In this document: positions 22,615 to 34,274 of the stretch, one piece after another
How positions within the stretch are numbered: the stretch's first letter is position 1
Layout: each line of letters begins with the position of its first letter
NCBI GenBank assembly: GCA_001179505.1
Contig: CDMY01000356.1
Coordinates: 310,001-374,000 of the forward strand
From: Vitrella brassicaformis CCMP3155
Taxonomy: Eukaryota; Protista; Chromerida
Length of the DNA: 64,000 bases
Direction of reading: 5' to 3'
Made by a program: the position numbers and the translations under genes
Notes under the pieces: generated by a model
Database searches by the model: none
What the model saw: only the letters and a program-made list of their open reading frames with translations
Told to the model about the DNA's origin: nothing

Positions 22615-22998
22615 TCTGCGAGGACCTGTCCATGACCTTCACCCCTCTGGTCGTCACCGTCGATGGGGTGTGGGGGAGGGAGGCGGAGCACTTCTTCACC
22701 CGCTTGACTGAGCAGCTGTTGACGAGGCAGGGGTGGTCAGATAGGGGGCGAGGGCGGGTGCATGGGTGGCTGCGTGCTCGTTTGTCTGTTGCATTGGTGC
22801 GGGCTGCTAGCCTGTGTTTGAGGGGCGGGAGGCAGTCATGGCGTGGTGTTGGGGCGATGGACGGGGCTGGGGTGTTCTCATCGGATGAGTGAGCGTGCCC
22901 TTTGTGCATAGGCATATGTGGATAGATTCATGGAGGCGATTTGGACAAGCGAGTGCATGGATGCCATCTGTCAATTATCTCTTCCAAAAAAAAAAAAA
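22615..22998 (+). mobile_element. 5'-truncated CRE-like non-LTR retrotransposon (3' end of ORF, 3' UTR and poly(A))
   Basis: Encodes CEDLSMTFTPLVVTVDGVWGREAEHFFTRLTEQL...HGWLRARLSVALVRAASLCLRGGRQSWRGVGAMDGA-stop (22892). This matches the C-terminal segment of CRE-clade ORFs (FTPL.VSVDG..G.EA..F.KRL...W.RARLSFA..RA..LC.RG.R). It is followed by about 90 nt of UTR and A13 (22986-22998), and flanked by a 12-bp direct repeat. Confidence 0.88.
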
Positions 22999-23010
22999 TC
23001 AGTGGATAGG
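22999..23010 (+). repeat. Right target-site duplication TCAGTGGATAGG
   Basis: Directly follows the poly(A) tail; identical to 22603-22614. Confidence 0.93.
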
Positions 23011-23280
23011 CTCAACTCAGCGCCATGTATCCTCTCTCGTCTGTTTGCGGCGGAGAAACGAGGCTCAATCGCACAATGAGCTCGCATGGACGCGCCTAGG
23101 ACATTGCGTGAAACCGCTGCTGCCGCGATGGCAGGATGAAGGTAGATCCCGGAAGGCTACGATGATCAAGTATAGGGCAGATCTCATAGTATTGCTCCGT
23201 TGTCTGTTGCGTTGCTGCTCAGTTCAAGCTTGAGGATGAGCTCATGTATGAGATGAGTACCGCCCTGAATTGATCCATCC

Positions 23281-25251
23281 ATGGAACGGCCGCAAGCAGG
23301 GCCCGAGAGGAAGCTGCTGTGCCTGAGCACAATAGGAAATGTGAGCTCACACAAGTTCATTGGCGCACACGTTGTGTCATGTGTTGTGTTGTGTTGCGTC
23401 CCTCTCCGTCAGGCGTGGCTGCAGATCTTCACTTCCACCATGCTCGACACCATCATTGTCCCAGGTGACCACAAGCACAACGCGATTAAGACAATCGAGG
23501 ATGCTGGATGGATGTTCGCATGCCGCTGGTATCTGCAGCGTTGCCGTATGTGTTGAATCTGTCGCCGCTTCGTGAGTCGGCCGTCTTCTCCGCTCGGCCT
23601 GTCAGCTCCATTATCGTGACGCCCGTCGCCTCATGGATGACGGAGGCTATGGGATGGCGGCCACTCATCATTTTTCCTGGCGTGCTGCTGACGCTCGGTG
23701 AATGAACCGACACACAGCCAGCCACTCATGGTTTGGTACGTCATTCATCCGTTGGTCGTTTCGTTTCTCTTTGTCCACTCACTCGCTCAGGCAGCATTGT
23801 GTACTTTTACAGAGCCGACTTCACTGTCTATGTGGCCGCGAGGCTGGTGCAGGGGTGTGCCAGTGCCTTCATTTGGACGGCGGCACTGGGTGAGCGAGCC
23901 GAGCACACCAACCACGTTGGTTGCACCAGTGTGGGCAACACTTACTCCCTCCCTGCCTGCCTGTGTGCCCCCGTGAATGCAGGTGGCGTTGCGCGCACCC
24001 ACCCGCCCGAGATCCAGGCGACGGCGACTGGCCTGGTGATGACTGCCGACGTTGGAATCGCAATAGGCCCGCTGATTGGGGGCGTGCTTTTTGACTGGGG
24101 CGGCACCACGATGCTCTTCTCGTTTATGATAGTGTTCTGTGCTGCGGCGACCGTCGTCACGGCAATGCTCTTTGCCTTCTTTCCCAACGATCTGCCGGTG
24201 CCCGAGCATCCGAGTGAGAGCGAGACGCTCAACCACAGCACCAAGGGTTATCGTGTGTTCTTGAACTACCATTACGTTGTGGCCGTGGTGGCGGTGTGCT
24301 GCATCTATGCGTTTGCCACAGCCCTGCCCGCTCTCCTGCCCCTTTACTGGCATCGCAAGTAGGTAGCCATCTGCCGTGTTGGTTTCCGTATGTGTGAGTG
24401 TGTCCCCCCCGTGTGTCTGTGTGTCGTGTCTATGTTAGGTTTGGTCTGAGTGCGACGCTGACGGGTCTTTTGTTCTCGCCAAATGCATTCATCAAGGTGG
24501 TGGTGTCACCGGTCGCCACCCTCCTCAGCGACTTCGGGCTCGCCACATTAACCGGCCAATACAGCATCGGTACGGTTGGTACCCTACACGCATCCGCCGG
24601 CCCGTCGCGTGGCAATGAATGAATTTGTGTGGGTGTGCGTGTGTGTGTTAATGTGCATTTGTCAGGCCTGTTGTTTGCGTCAGTCTGTTTGGCCTTCATC
24701 GTGACGCCCCCTGACTGGCGTCTACAGGCCTTCCTCCTCACCTTGTTCGGCATCGGGTTCGGCACCGTCGACACATGCGCCACCGCCTTCGCCGGCAGCA
24801 AATTCCTGGCCGACAGGAGACGAACCGACTACGGCATGAGTTACGGGCTGGTGGAGCAAGGCTTCAACGTCGGTGTGCTGCTGGGGCCGCTGATTGTGGG
24901 CGGCCTGACTGAGTGGACCAACTACCACACTGGCTTCATGACTCTAGGAGCGGTGGGGGCGCTGGTGGCTGTGATGGCAGTCGTATCGTGGAAGACCTAC
25001 AGGCCGCCGTACCCGTCACCGCGTCACGTGTCTGCGGGGGAGCAGATGCTGAGGCGGGAGCAAGACCAGCTTGCCGCCGCACTGCTGAGAGGCAAGCGAC
25101 AGCACAGACACACGCATACACACACACACACACATACATGTCAGCTCTTGATCTATCCCTTGTGTGCATGGCATGTGTGTGTGCAGGTGAGGAGCGGGGC
25201 CAGCAAGGCAGGGTTGTGGCATCCCAAGTCAGCTCCGTCTGTCTATCTTGA
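23281..25251 (+). CDS. MFS transporter, SLC18 (vesicular amine transporter)/DHA1-like
   Basis: Spliced LQIFTSTMLDTIIVPALPYVL, ARLVQGCASAFIWTAALGGVARTHP...TGLVMTADVGIAIGPLIGGVLFDWGG, and SYGLVEQGFNVGVLLGPLIVGGL. About 12 TM helices. Start codon and last intron (GC-AG) are less certain. Confidence 0.85.
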
Positions 25252-25678
25252 TGTTTCACACCCGCAGCCCAGCCAGACTGATGGATGATGGATGGATCAA
25301 TCAATCAGAGACGACTCCGTGTGCCCCTGGTGGCTTTAGGCTTTACTCGTGTGTGGTACATGATCACCAATGCCCTCGCGCTTGTTTACACGTGTCTGTA
25401 AACCGCCCTCAGCCGATTCCCGCCCTTTAGCCATGGGCTCCTGTTCCCGCGATGCGGTGTCTGAGTTGGAGCGCCTTTGCCGCGGCCTGTTCCCCAGCAA
25501 GCGCAAGGGCCGCCCCGATAGACCACTAGTCAAGGCCGGTGCCGTGAAGAAGGCTCGGGGAGGATGGATGTGCTCAGGGGCCTCATCCGCACAGACGGTG
25601 GCGAGTTCGGTGGACGTGGAGAGTCAGGCGACCCCTGGGGAGGTGCAGGAGGTGCCGCTGGTGGGTTTCTCCCCCTCG

Positions 25679-26172
25679 CTATCGACATCGCACCACCAGA
25701 TGCCGGACGAACTCATAAGTCACGTCTGCACCTTCCTGGTCGGTCGGGTGGGCAGAAAGACGGCTGAAAACATATATGGGTGGAATACATACATCTGTTT
25801 GCACTGCATGGGGAAAGGAGTGTGCGTTCATTCATTCAATTCAGGGTGCGAGGGATCTGCGCCGTCTTAAGGTGGCGTGTGTCCACTGGGGGAGGAAGGC
25901 GGGCGAAATGGAGGCCCTGAAATTCGACGACAGGATCCCCTCACTCAAGCGTCGCAAACCTGCCTTCATCACCCGACTCAGGCGATAGACAGCTAACCGG
26001 CCGGGCAGCTGCTGGCCGGCCGGATGGGCAGTGGGGCCTCGCCATAGGTAGAGGAGGCCGATCGCGGGCTGCGGGTCATGACATGGCTGGAAACACGGGG
26101 ATGGTGTATTGCATCCTGCGGCTGGGATGACAAAGCTTCTTTTGCTTTTCGTGTGTTTGCCTTTTCCTCGGT
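25679..26172 (-). CDS. Unassigned coding-like two-exon segment (possible TRM10 C-terminal extension or separate small gene)
   Basis: Open frame ...PAIGLLYLWRGPTAHPAGQQLPGRLAVYRLSRVMKAGLRRLSEGILSSNFRASISPAFLP can splice in phase to HRLSAHPTDQEGADVTYEFVRHLVVRCR-stop. No own ATG identified. Confidence 0.35.
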
Positions 26173-26509
26173 CTGGTGGGGGGGAGGGCGGGGAGCGCGT
26201 GCCGGTCTGCGTCAAGGGTGCGTGTGTGGACACGTGTATGTGTCCGAGTGGGCTGACTCATGCATGCCATGACGCGCTTGAACGAGTGACATGGGTGGGA
26301 TGTGCAGGAATGTGTCCATGGCGTGCATCAGTAATTTATACAGGCAGTGTGTATACTCACAATTCTCACACGTACACCACATCGACTGGCAGAAACAGAA
26401 ACAGAAACGGAAACGGAAACATCTACACGTGCCACCCATGTGATTGATATGCATCCTTCGACCAATCGAGTTAACGTGACTGACATATAAGGACATGAGC
26501 ACCGCTCAG

Positions 26510-28139
26510 CTAGCTGACGCCACCGCCCCGCCCCGCCCCGCACATCCCTTCTTGCTCTCCTGCTTCCCCTCCTTGCCCTGCTCCAGCACAACAGTCGTCG
26601 GCCTCCTCACCTTCTTGTGCCGGACCTTCACCACCTTCACTGATGCCGTCTGTCTTCCTTTGTGGCACCCCCTTGCTGCACGCTACCGCCCAGTCACGAC
26701 ACTCCAGCCACTTGAGCAGTATCTCCAGCACTTAACACACTCACTCACACAGAAACAAAGACAGGCGGTGTGTAGTGCGGTGTGGTGTGGTGCGGTGTGG
26801 TGTGTGTGTGCGTACCTACCGTGGTTGGCGGCGAGCACTTTCGATGAGGTCATTCTGATGTTGCTGTCGAGGGGCAGGCGAGCGGCGGCGATGCCCTGCT
26901 CAGTGGCCTTGTTGAGGGTGAGGTTCTTGTACCGATTGCGGTCAACTATGCCGCCTATTATGTACGCCTTGCTGCACCGGGGGATGCACCAGCCAGACAG
27001 AGGGAGAATTGGGGGATAAGGTGCCAACGCGTGAATGCACTGCCTCATGGATCAGATCGTCAGTCACCTGTTGTCGAGCTCGTCGATCACCATTGGGCTG
27101 TCGGCCGTCAGATACACCAGCCTGACACACACAGACCGAACGCCCACACTGTCGTGTGTCTGTCGTGTGTGTGTGTGTGTGTGTGTGTCTGTCGTGTGTG
27201 TGGATTGCTCGTCGCACACCTTTCCTTCTCGATGTGCTCGATGTACGGCTTGCTGATGGTCTCCACCTGCAGGCAGGCAGGCACGGACAGACAGACTGGC
27301 ATGGCCAAGGATGGCACGAAGTCATCTAGGTGTGTGTCAAACAGCTAGCTCACCGCGGGCCATGTGGCGAATCCACTGATCTTGTTGAAGTGCGTGGTGT
27401 AGCGGCTGCCTTCCCTGATGCCGCTGATGAGGATGCGCACAGGCTGCTGGGCTCGACGATTCGCGCCGTATGAGAAGAAGATCTGCTGGGCCAAACTGGA
27501 CACCTCCTGTGGACACACACACACGCACACACACATGATCCGTTTCGTTACACACGTGCATATGCCACACGGTACGGTGGCTGTGTCTGTCTGCTCACTC
27601 ACCCTGTCAGTTTGCAGGTGCTCGAATTCGCAATCGATGACCACAGTGGGCGCATCGGCGCACTTTGCCACAAACTCTGAGCGAAAAGAGAGAGGCCACC
27701 CACCAGCGCGTCCTTTGTGGTCCCGTGTGTTCGTGTGTCATCACAGAAGTGAAGTGTCCACGTCCGTACGGCAGGTACCTTCGTTCATGCGCCGCTTCCT
27801 CTCTGACGGCTCACGACTGGCAGAAGAGTTTTCCTGTGGCGCAATGCTCGGCTGTGGCTCCCCATCATCGACAGCTGCGGCAGCCCCATCATCGACAGTC
27901 TGCGGCTGTTTGTTCTTCCGCCTCTTGGCCTTCCTATCGATTTTCCTTTGGGTTTTCCTCTGCAGATAGCGCTCGTGTTTTCGCTTCTTCTTCTGCTGAC
28001 TCTTGCTCAGAACAGGCCCTCCTGACGCACCGGATGCATCGTACGCTGAACCAAGCTGGTCACCTTCAGGCTGACAACCATCGCCCTGGGCCTCCTCTGA
28101 TCCAAAATCTGCGTCTTCGCCAGCCTCAATATGCGCCAT
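26510..28139 (-). CDS. TRM10: tRNA (guanine9-N1)-methyltransferase, Trm10 family
   Basis: VVIDCEFEHLQTDREVSSLAQQIFFSYGANRRAQQP, LVYLTADS, YIIGGIVDRNRYKNLTLNKATEQGIAAARLPL, KVLAANH and LLKWLECRDWAVACSKGVPQRK are diagnostic SPOUT Trm10 motifs. Basic N-terminus. The 3' end is uncertain. Confidence 0.93.
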
Positions 28140-28183
28140 TTTGATGAGTCGTGCACGAAGGTCTGCAGACGAGCTCGCTCAAA

Positions 28184-28191
28184 AGCTCGCA
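28184..28191 (-). promoter_or_regulatory. Candidate promoter octamer TGCGAGCT upstream of TRM10
   Basis: AGCTCGCA on + strand, 44 nt upstream of the TRM10 ATG, inside a 158-nt divergent spacer. Confidence 0.5.
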
Positions 28192-28297
28192 GGAGCCTCA
28201 GGGAGATCTTGGCTGGCGGAGCGCTGGGCGCTTGCGTGGACATCCTCCCTCCCTCTGCTCCCTCTGTCTGTCCATCTTTCCATCGGTGTGTTCCGTC

Positions 28298-28539
28298 ATG
28301 AGCGACGAGCCCCAGGCGAAGCGGCTCCGCCGCAAGTCGGTGGCCTACTTCTGCATGGAGTACGGCCTCCGGCAGGGATTCTCCATCTACAGCGGCGGAC
28401 TCGGCATCCTCGCGGCGGACATCGTCAAACAATCCAGAGATGTACGCAACGCACACATACACAGACAACGCATACGGGGCGGACACACACACACACGCAG
28501 ACAGACAGACGGACAGACAGACAGACTGACAGAGATGCA

Positions 28540-28572
<33 letters not shown>

Positions 28573-29666
28573 GTGGTGTGGCATGTTCAGATGAACCTGC
28601 CGCTGTATGGCATCGGCATCTTCTGGAACTCGGGGTCAGTCAGCTGGGATAGGGAGGGAGGGAGGGAGGGAGAGACGACACACATAGTCGACGCGAACCA
28701 TGCATGCATGTTGTTTGTCGGCCTCTCGCTGTCTGCCTGTATGTGTGTCGACATACAATTCGTGTGTCAGTTACGTGTCGCAGTCGATCGACAAGGATGG
28801 CAACACGAAGGACAGCTACCCCGCCACGGACCGCTCCCAACTCATCAAGCAGGAGGGCATCAAATTCAGCGTCAAGATCGAGGGCAAGGACATGCCGCTC
28901 TGCGTACACCGAGTCAAGGTAGGTACGTTCTCCTCTCTCTCTCCCCCTCACCACCCCTCTCGCTGGTCATTATATGGAAGGATGGATGAACGTGTCTGTG
29001 TTATTGTTGTTGTGTGTCCACTGTGCAGGGTGCTGAGAATCTGTTGATGATCGAGCCCGAGAAGAAGAAGGACCAGAAGAAGTACACGGACAAGCTGTAC
29101 CAGGGCAGCGACGAGGACCGGGTGGCCCAGGAGATCATCCTCGGCGTCGGCGGCGTCAGGGCACTCCGCGCACTCGACATCAACACAGACATCTACCACT
29201 GTATATATGTGTCTACGCACACACCACACCCACCCACCCACCCACCCACACACACGTGTGTGTCCCCCCTCTGTGTCTGTGTGTGTGTGTGTGTGTGTGT
29301 GTCTCATGGTGTAGTCAATGAGGGCCACGCAGTGTTTGCGGGCATAGAGTTGATTCGCGAGAAGATGGAGAAGGAGGGGGCGGAGATGACCTTCGAGCAG
29401 GCGTGGGCGGCCACCAAGAACCAGGTTATCTTCACCACACACACTCCCGTACCCGCCGGCAACGAACAACACCCATTCGTAAGCAATAGAGCAGCCAACC
29501 AGCACCCACCACACCATCGACTGACAGACACGCCGACAGTGAAACGCATCGCATCGCATGTGTGTATGGTATGCCTTCATTCATTGATTCATTCAGGCCC
29601 GTTTGGAGACGGTCGGGGCGAACCTCAATCTCGACGCCGACCAGATGAAGCAGGTGGGGTGGGTCA

Positions 29667-29697
<31 letters not shown>

Positions 29698-31620
29698 GGA
29701 CACACAAACGGCTTCCATCATGAATGGCTGTTCCTGCCTGCCTGTGTCTGTGTCTGTCTGTGTGTGTGCGTGTGTGTGTGCAGATCGGCGACGAGCCGTT
29801 TGGCATGACGATAGCAGGTCTGCGTCTAAGCTACCTCAGCAACGGAGTCGCACAGCTACACGGAGAAACCGCCAGGGAGTGAGTGAGACGAGAGAGAGAA
29901 CAGATGGATGGACACATACGCAACCGCGTCACGTGTGTGTCCCGGTGTGTGGTGTGTGTAGGATGTGGAAGGACGTGAGCGGGTCGTCCGAGATCATCGC
30001 CATCACCAACGGCGTCCACTGCGCCTCATGGAGCGACCCAGAGATCATCAGCGCATGTGGTGCGTCATCCAGAGGGGCCGGTTCCCTCCCTCCCTCCCTG
30101 CGTGTGTGGTGTGTGGATGTGTGTGTGTTGACAATGTCTGTCCCCAGAGAGCAACAATGACTCCAAGCTGTGGGAGGCCCACATGGCCAACAAGCGGGCA
30201 CTCATCAAGGAGGTCGAGGAAAGGACCGGCTCGAAGTAAGCTGTCGACACACTCAGACAGACAGACAGACAGAGAGCCCCAATCACACCACACACGAGGA
30301 TAAGGTGCTGCATCGTCCATTCATTCCCACACACAGGTTGAAGGAGGATGTGTTTCTGGTTGGCTTCGCTCGCCGCGCGGCCACATACAAGCGACACAAC
30401 CTCATATTCAAGGACGAGGTGCGTGGGTGGGCAACGCTCACACACATCCACAGTGCACTCCACTCGGCTGCATGTGCTGCCTGTGGTGTGTGTGGTGCAT
30501 GTGGTGCATGTGGCTTGGCATCCAGAGTAGTGTGTTTCCGCTGTTGAAGGAGGGCAAGTTGCAGCTGGTCTTCTCGGGCAAGGCGCACCCACAGGACGAA
30601 GGCGGCAAGGAAATGATCAAAAAGGGTAAGTACGTGGCCAACCGAGGCTGCTCCTGGGTGCACTGCAGCCATGTGTTGTGGCATGTCATGTGTGCAGTGA
30701 GCAAGTACCAGCACGAGTTCCCCGACGCGGTGGTCTACATGCCCAATTACGACATCAAACTAGGTTGGTCGGAGGGTGCCTTGACACACACATGCCCCGG
30801 CACACACACACACACACACACACACAACCAACACAAACACACACACACACGACCACCCATCCCCTCCCTCTGCTGGCTGGATGCGTGTGTATGTCAGGTG
30901 CGCTGATCACGCGCGGCAGCGACGTGTGGCTCAACAACCCGCAGCGACCCAAAGAGGTCAGCAAGCCACACGACTGCCTGCCAATACTCATGCACACGTC
31001 TGAGCGTCTGTCGTGTGGTCATCGTTCGCGTCAGGCGTCTGGCACGTCGGGCATGAAGGCTGCGATGAACGGTGTGTTGAACCTGAGCATCCCCGACGGC
31101 TGGTGGCCTGAGGGGTGCAAACACGGCGTCAACGGATGGAAGGCAAGGCAACCAACACACACACCCGCGCACACACACTCATGCACCATGCATGAGCGTG
31201 TGTCGTGTGTGTATATGCGTGTGTGTAGGTGGGTGACGATGTGAACCGTGAGGAGGAGGAGGCTTACGAGAAGGACCATGCCGCACTCATCAAGGTACCT
31301 GTGGACCGTCATCGATGCATGGATGGGTGCATGCATGTGTGTGTGTGTGTGGGTATGTGTGAGTGTGTGCAGGTGCTGACTGAGGAGGTGATTCCCGCGT
31401 ACGGTGACAAGACCAAGTGGATCAACATGATGAAGGCCTCCATCGATATGGCCAAGGTTCGCCGCTCAACCACCCCCCACCCACCCCCACAGACACAGAC
31501 CAGACACTCCTGCCCACCCCATTTGTCTCCCTCCCCCACTTGACTAACTTACAGTATCAGTTTTCTGCCGAGCGGATGGTACACGAGTACTACGCCAAGA
31601 TGTACGACGTCCAACCCTGA
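28298..31620 (+). CDS. glgP: Alpha-glucan (glycogen/maltodextrin) phosphorylase, compact bacterial type (GT35)
   Basis: [10 protein letters not shown]...[125 protein letters not shown] (PLP lysine), [11 protein letters not shown]. About 550 aa over many introns. Confidence 0.96.
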
Positions 31621-32484
31621 TCCGATCCGCTGGCTGACCAACACATCACGTGTAATTCGACAGACACGTGGTTCTGAGTAGACAGACGCGTGAACGAACC
31701 AAGTATGGTGTAGCACATAACATACACGCCTAGATAAATGGATGGATGGTAGACGGGGAGCGGGTGCAAGGGGGGCGGGCGGTTTTGAATGCATGGGCTC
31801 TTTGCTTCCGGTCCGTCCATCACGTGATGAACGGATGGATGAATGGATGGGGTGTGTGGATGGCATGACTTGATCACTCACCGACGAGACAAAAACAGGC
31901 TCGTAATTGGTATCTATCTAGTGTGCATGCATGTAGCGGCCTTTTCGTTGGTGCAGTGCCTGGGCGGAGTGGTGGGGTCCTATACGTCCAGCCGGCTGCC
32001 TACGTCTACAGTTGCAGTTGCAGTTTTCTAGATGTAGACGGACGGACTTTAAGCTGCATGCGTCGCCTCTTCGCTTTCCCTCCTCCATGCCTCGCTGCCT
32101 GCCTGCCTGCCAGCTTGCGGCAGGTTTATACGACTGACTACATTTCTGCTGCGCTATGCTATCTATGGTGTGATGTGATGCGTCGCGCTCTCTCTTTTCG
32201 CCCGCACATGTCTGTCACGTCGTGTCTCCTTGCTGCGGCGTGTGTCTCCACCCCTGCCCCCCTCCCTCTCTCCATCCCTCCCTCCCTCCCTCCCTCTCTG
32301 CCTCGGACGACTAGCTGGATAGATGTCTGACTGAGTGACGAACGTTTGATTGAGTCCTCCTTCACTAAGACAACGGATAAAAGAAGGCAGGTCTGCTTGC
32401 GTACACACAGCGATCGGCTGTGTGGGACCAACGCCCGTCTCGCCTCTATCCATCCATCCATCCACGAAACATTCACATGTGCTT

Positions 32485-33549
32485 CTACTCCACCTTGGAC
32501 TCGCACGTGTAGTCTGGGAAGTCCGGGGTTTTCTTCCACTCGCCCGTCCTGTTGAGGTCCTTGCCGTCGTGGCCCTCCGGGTAGTCGTAGTAGGCCATCG
32601 TGAGAGGCTGAAGCTTGAAAGGGTCGAAGTTGTACTTGGGCCCTTTAACCCGAGCAGTCATGTCGACGCACTTGTCCAGCAGCACCCTTGAGTGTGTGTG
32701 GGTCCACCCTACAGAACTGCCAAATTTCTTGTGCATCACTTCGCCCTGGGTGAAGGTGACGGTGTGTGGCTTGAGGCCCGCCTCGTCGCTGTGGATCTTG
32801 AAGGACCGCAGAGCGCACTTGCTGTCCTTGAAGGGGTTGGTTAAGGGGTTGCAGGGGTTGGTGGTCAGGTGCGCAGTGCACTGGAAATCAGTGAGGATGT
32901 ACCTAGGCACCGCCATATGCGCGTATGTATACCCTGCGTGTCTGTCTCTCCATGTGTGTCTCTGTGTGTGTCTGTGTAGGATGCCGTAGTTACTCGATTG
33001 GCTCTTTGCCGGGCCCGGCCTGGCGAATGAGCGTCATCTCTTCCTTGTTGGGGCAGCCCAGCCAGCACCGGCCGTCGTAGTACCGGTGCAGGCACATGCC
33101 TTCCGGCGGCGTGTGGCTCAGCTTGGATTCGAGCCAGTCCTTGAAGGACTCGAGGAAGACTGCGTATCCACGTACAGTAACCACATACACACACACACAG
33201 GCACAGAGGAACAATCAATCGCACGTGTGGGGGCACATCCAAGCAACGCATTCGTGAGCTGATGACGGCGCACTGGATCACCTGGCCGGTCGTCTGAGCG
33301 TCCTCTCACAAAAAGCCCCCGTGTCGCCGTCTGTTTGTCTGCCTGCAGGAACAGTCGCCCAGCACGGATCCGTCTGCACTTGCAAAGTGTGCCGGTGCGT
33401 GTTTTTCTGCGATTGTGGGGATGGTGTGTGTGTGTGTGCGTCACAATGAGGAGCTCCGTGGATACAAACGTCCCAAGGGACAGCAAGACCCCCAGCACCA
33501 TCACCACGGGCATCGCCATCATGGAGTTGATGAGTGTGGGCGATTGCAT
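32485..33549 (-). CDS. Hypothetical secreted Cys-containing protein
   Basis: Hydrophobic leader MAMPVVMVLGVLLSLGTFVSTELL. Phase-compatible exons give VFLESFKDWLESKLSHTPPEGMCLHRYYDGRCWLGCP...PIE|YILTDFQCTAHLTTNPCNPLTNPFKDSKCALRSFKI...PDYTCESKVE-stop. Confidence 0.7.
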
Positions 33550-33603
33550 GCGAACTTGCAATGAATGATAGTCCGGGCCGAAGACACCTCGCCGGAACAT
33601 CCA

Positions 33604-33611
33604 AGCTCGCA
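33604..33611 (-). promoter_or_regulatory. Candidate promoter octamer TGCGAGCT
   Basis: AGCTCGCA on + strand, 54-81 nt upstream of the candidate ATGs (33549/33522). Confidence 0.5.
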
Positions 33612-34274
33612 AAAGGTCGTTCGTTCGTTCGTTAACCTCACGGGGACCAAAAGGTCGGAAGAGGAAGGAGACTCCCGGTGGAGCACCTGTAGACGCACAC
33701 AATGGACAGATCAGATCTGCCGGCGAACGAGGCGACATACGCACAACGTGAGCGCAGCATGGAGGCATCCACGTTGCCTTCTTTATGGATCTCCCGACAT
33801 GGGCTTGAGCAGTTTCCTCCGAGGGAATCTCCTTTTCCTCAACCAAGGCGACAACATCGAGGAAAAGGTCATGACACTATAGGTTGCCTCACTGATCTGA
33901 TTGTGATTGGTCGTCGTACTTGTGCTAATGCTTTTCGTCTCTCAGGAAAAGGTCAAGGTGGGTGGCCGGCCGGGTGGTGGACAGCGCACAAGATTCTTCT
34001 GAAGCCAGTGAGGTGACGTGGTGCCTTTAGGCATGGGGTGGTGTCACTGAGAAAGCTTCGACGACATTCCAAAGCAAGAAACTCACGACGCGGCACGACA
34101 CCCTGGCAATAGTGGGTCGGCTCGGCGAGCAAGAGGGCAAGATGCTCATCACGAGCCAATTCGCGCCAGGACTCACGATGTTGGAGCTCGGTGCAGCTTT
34201 TTCTGGAGTTGGATATGGAGCTGCGGGACTGATCACAGCATGGCGGGGGCGATGAAAGTGCCTGGGGGTGGTTT

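Noticed and set aside
22590-23030. Retrotransposon target site as a spliced-leader or snRNA gene
   Set aside because: The reconstructed empty site does not resemble any SL RNA, snRNA or tRNA I recognise.
26392-26420. (GAAAC[A/G])5 tandem repeat
   Set aside because: Simple satellite with no spacers and no evidence of function.
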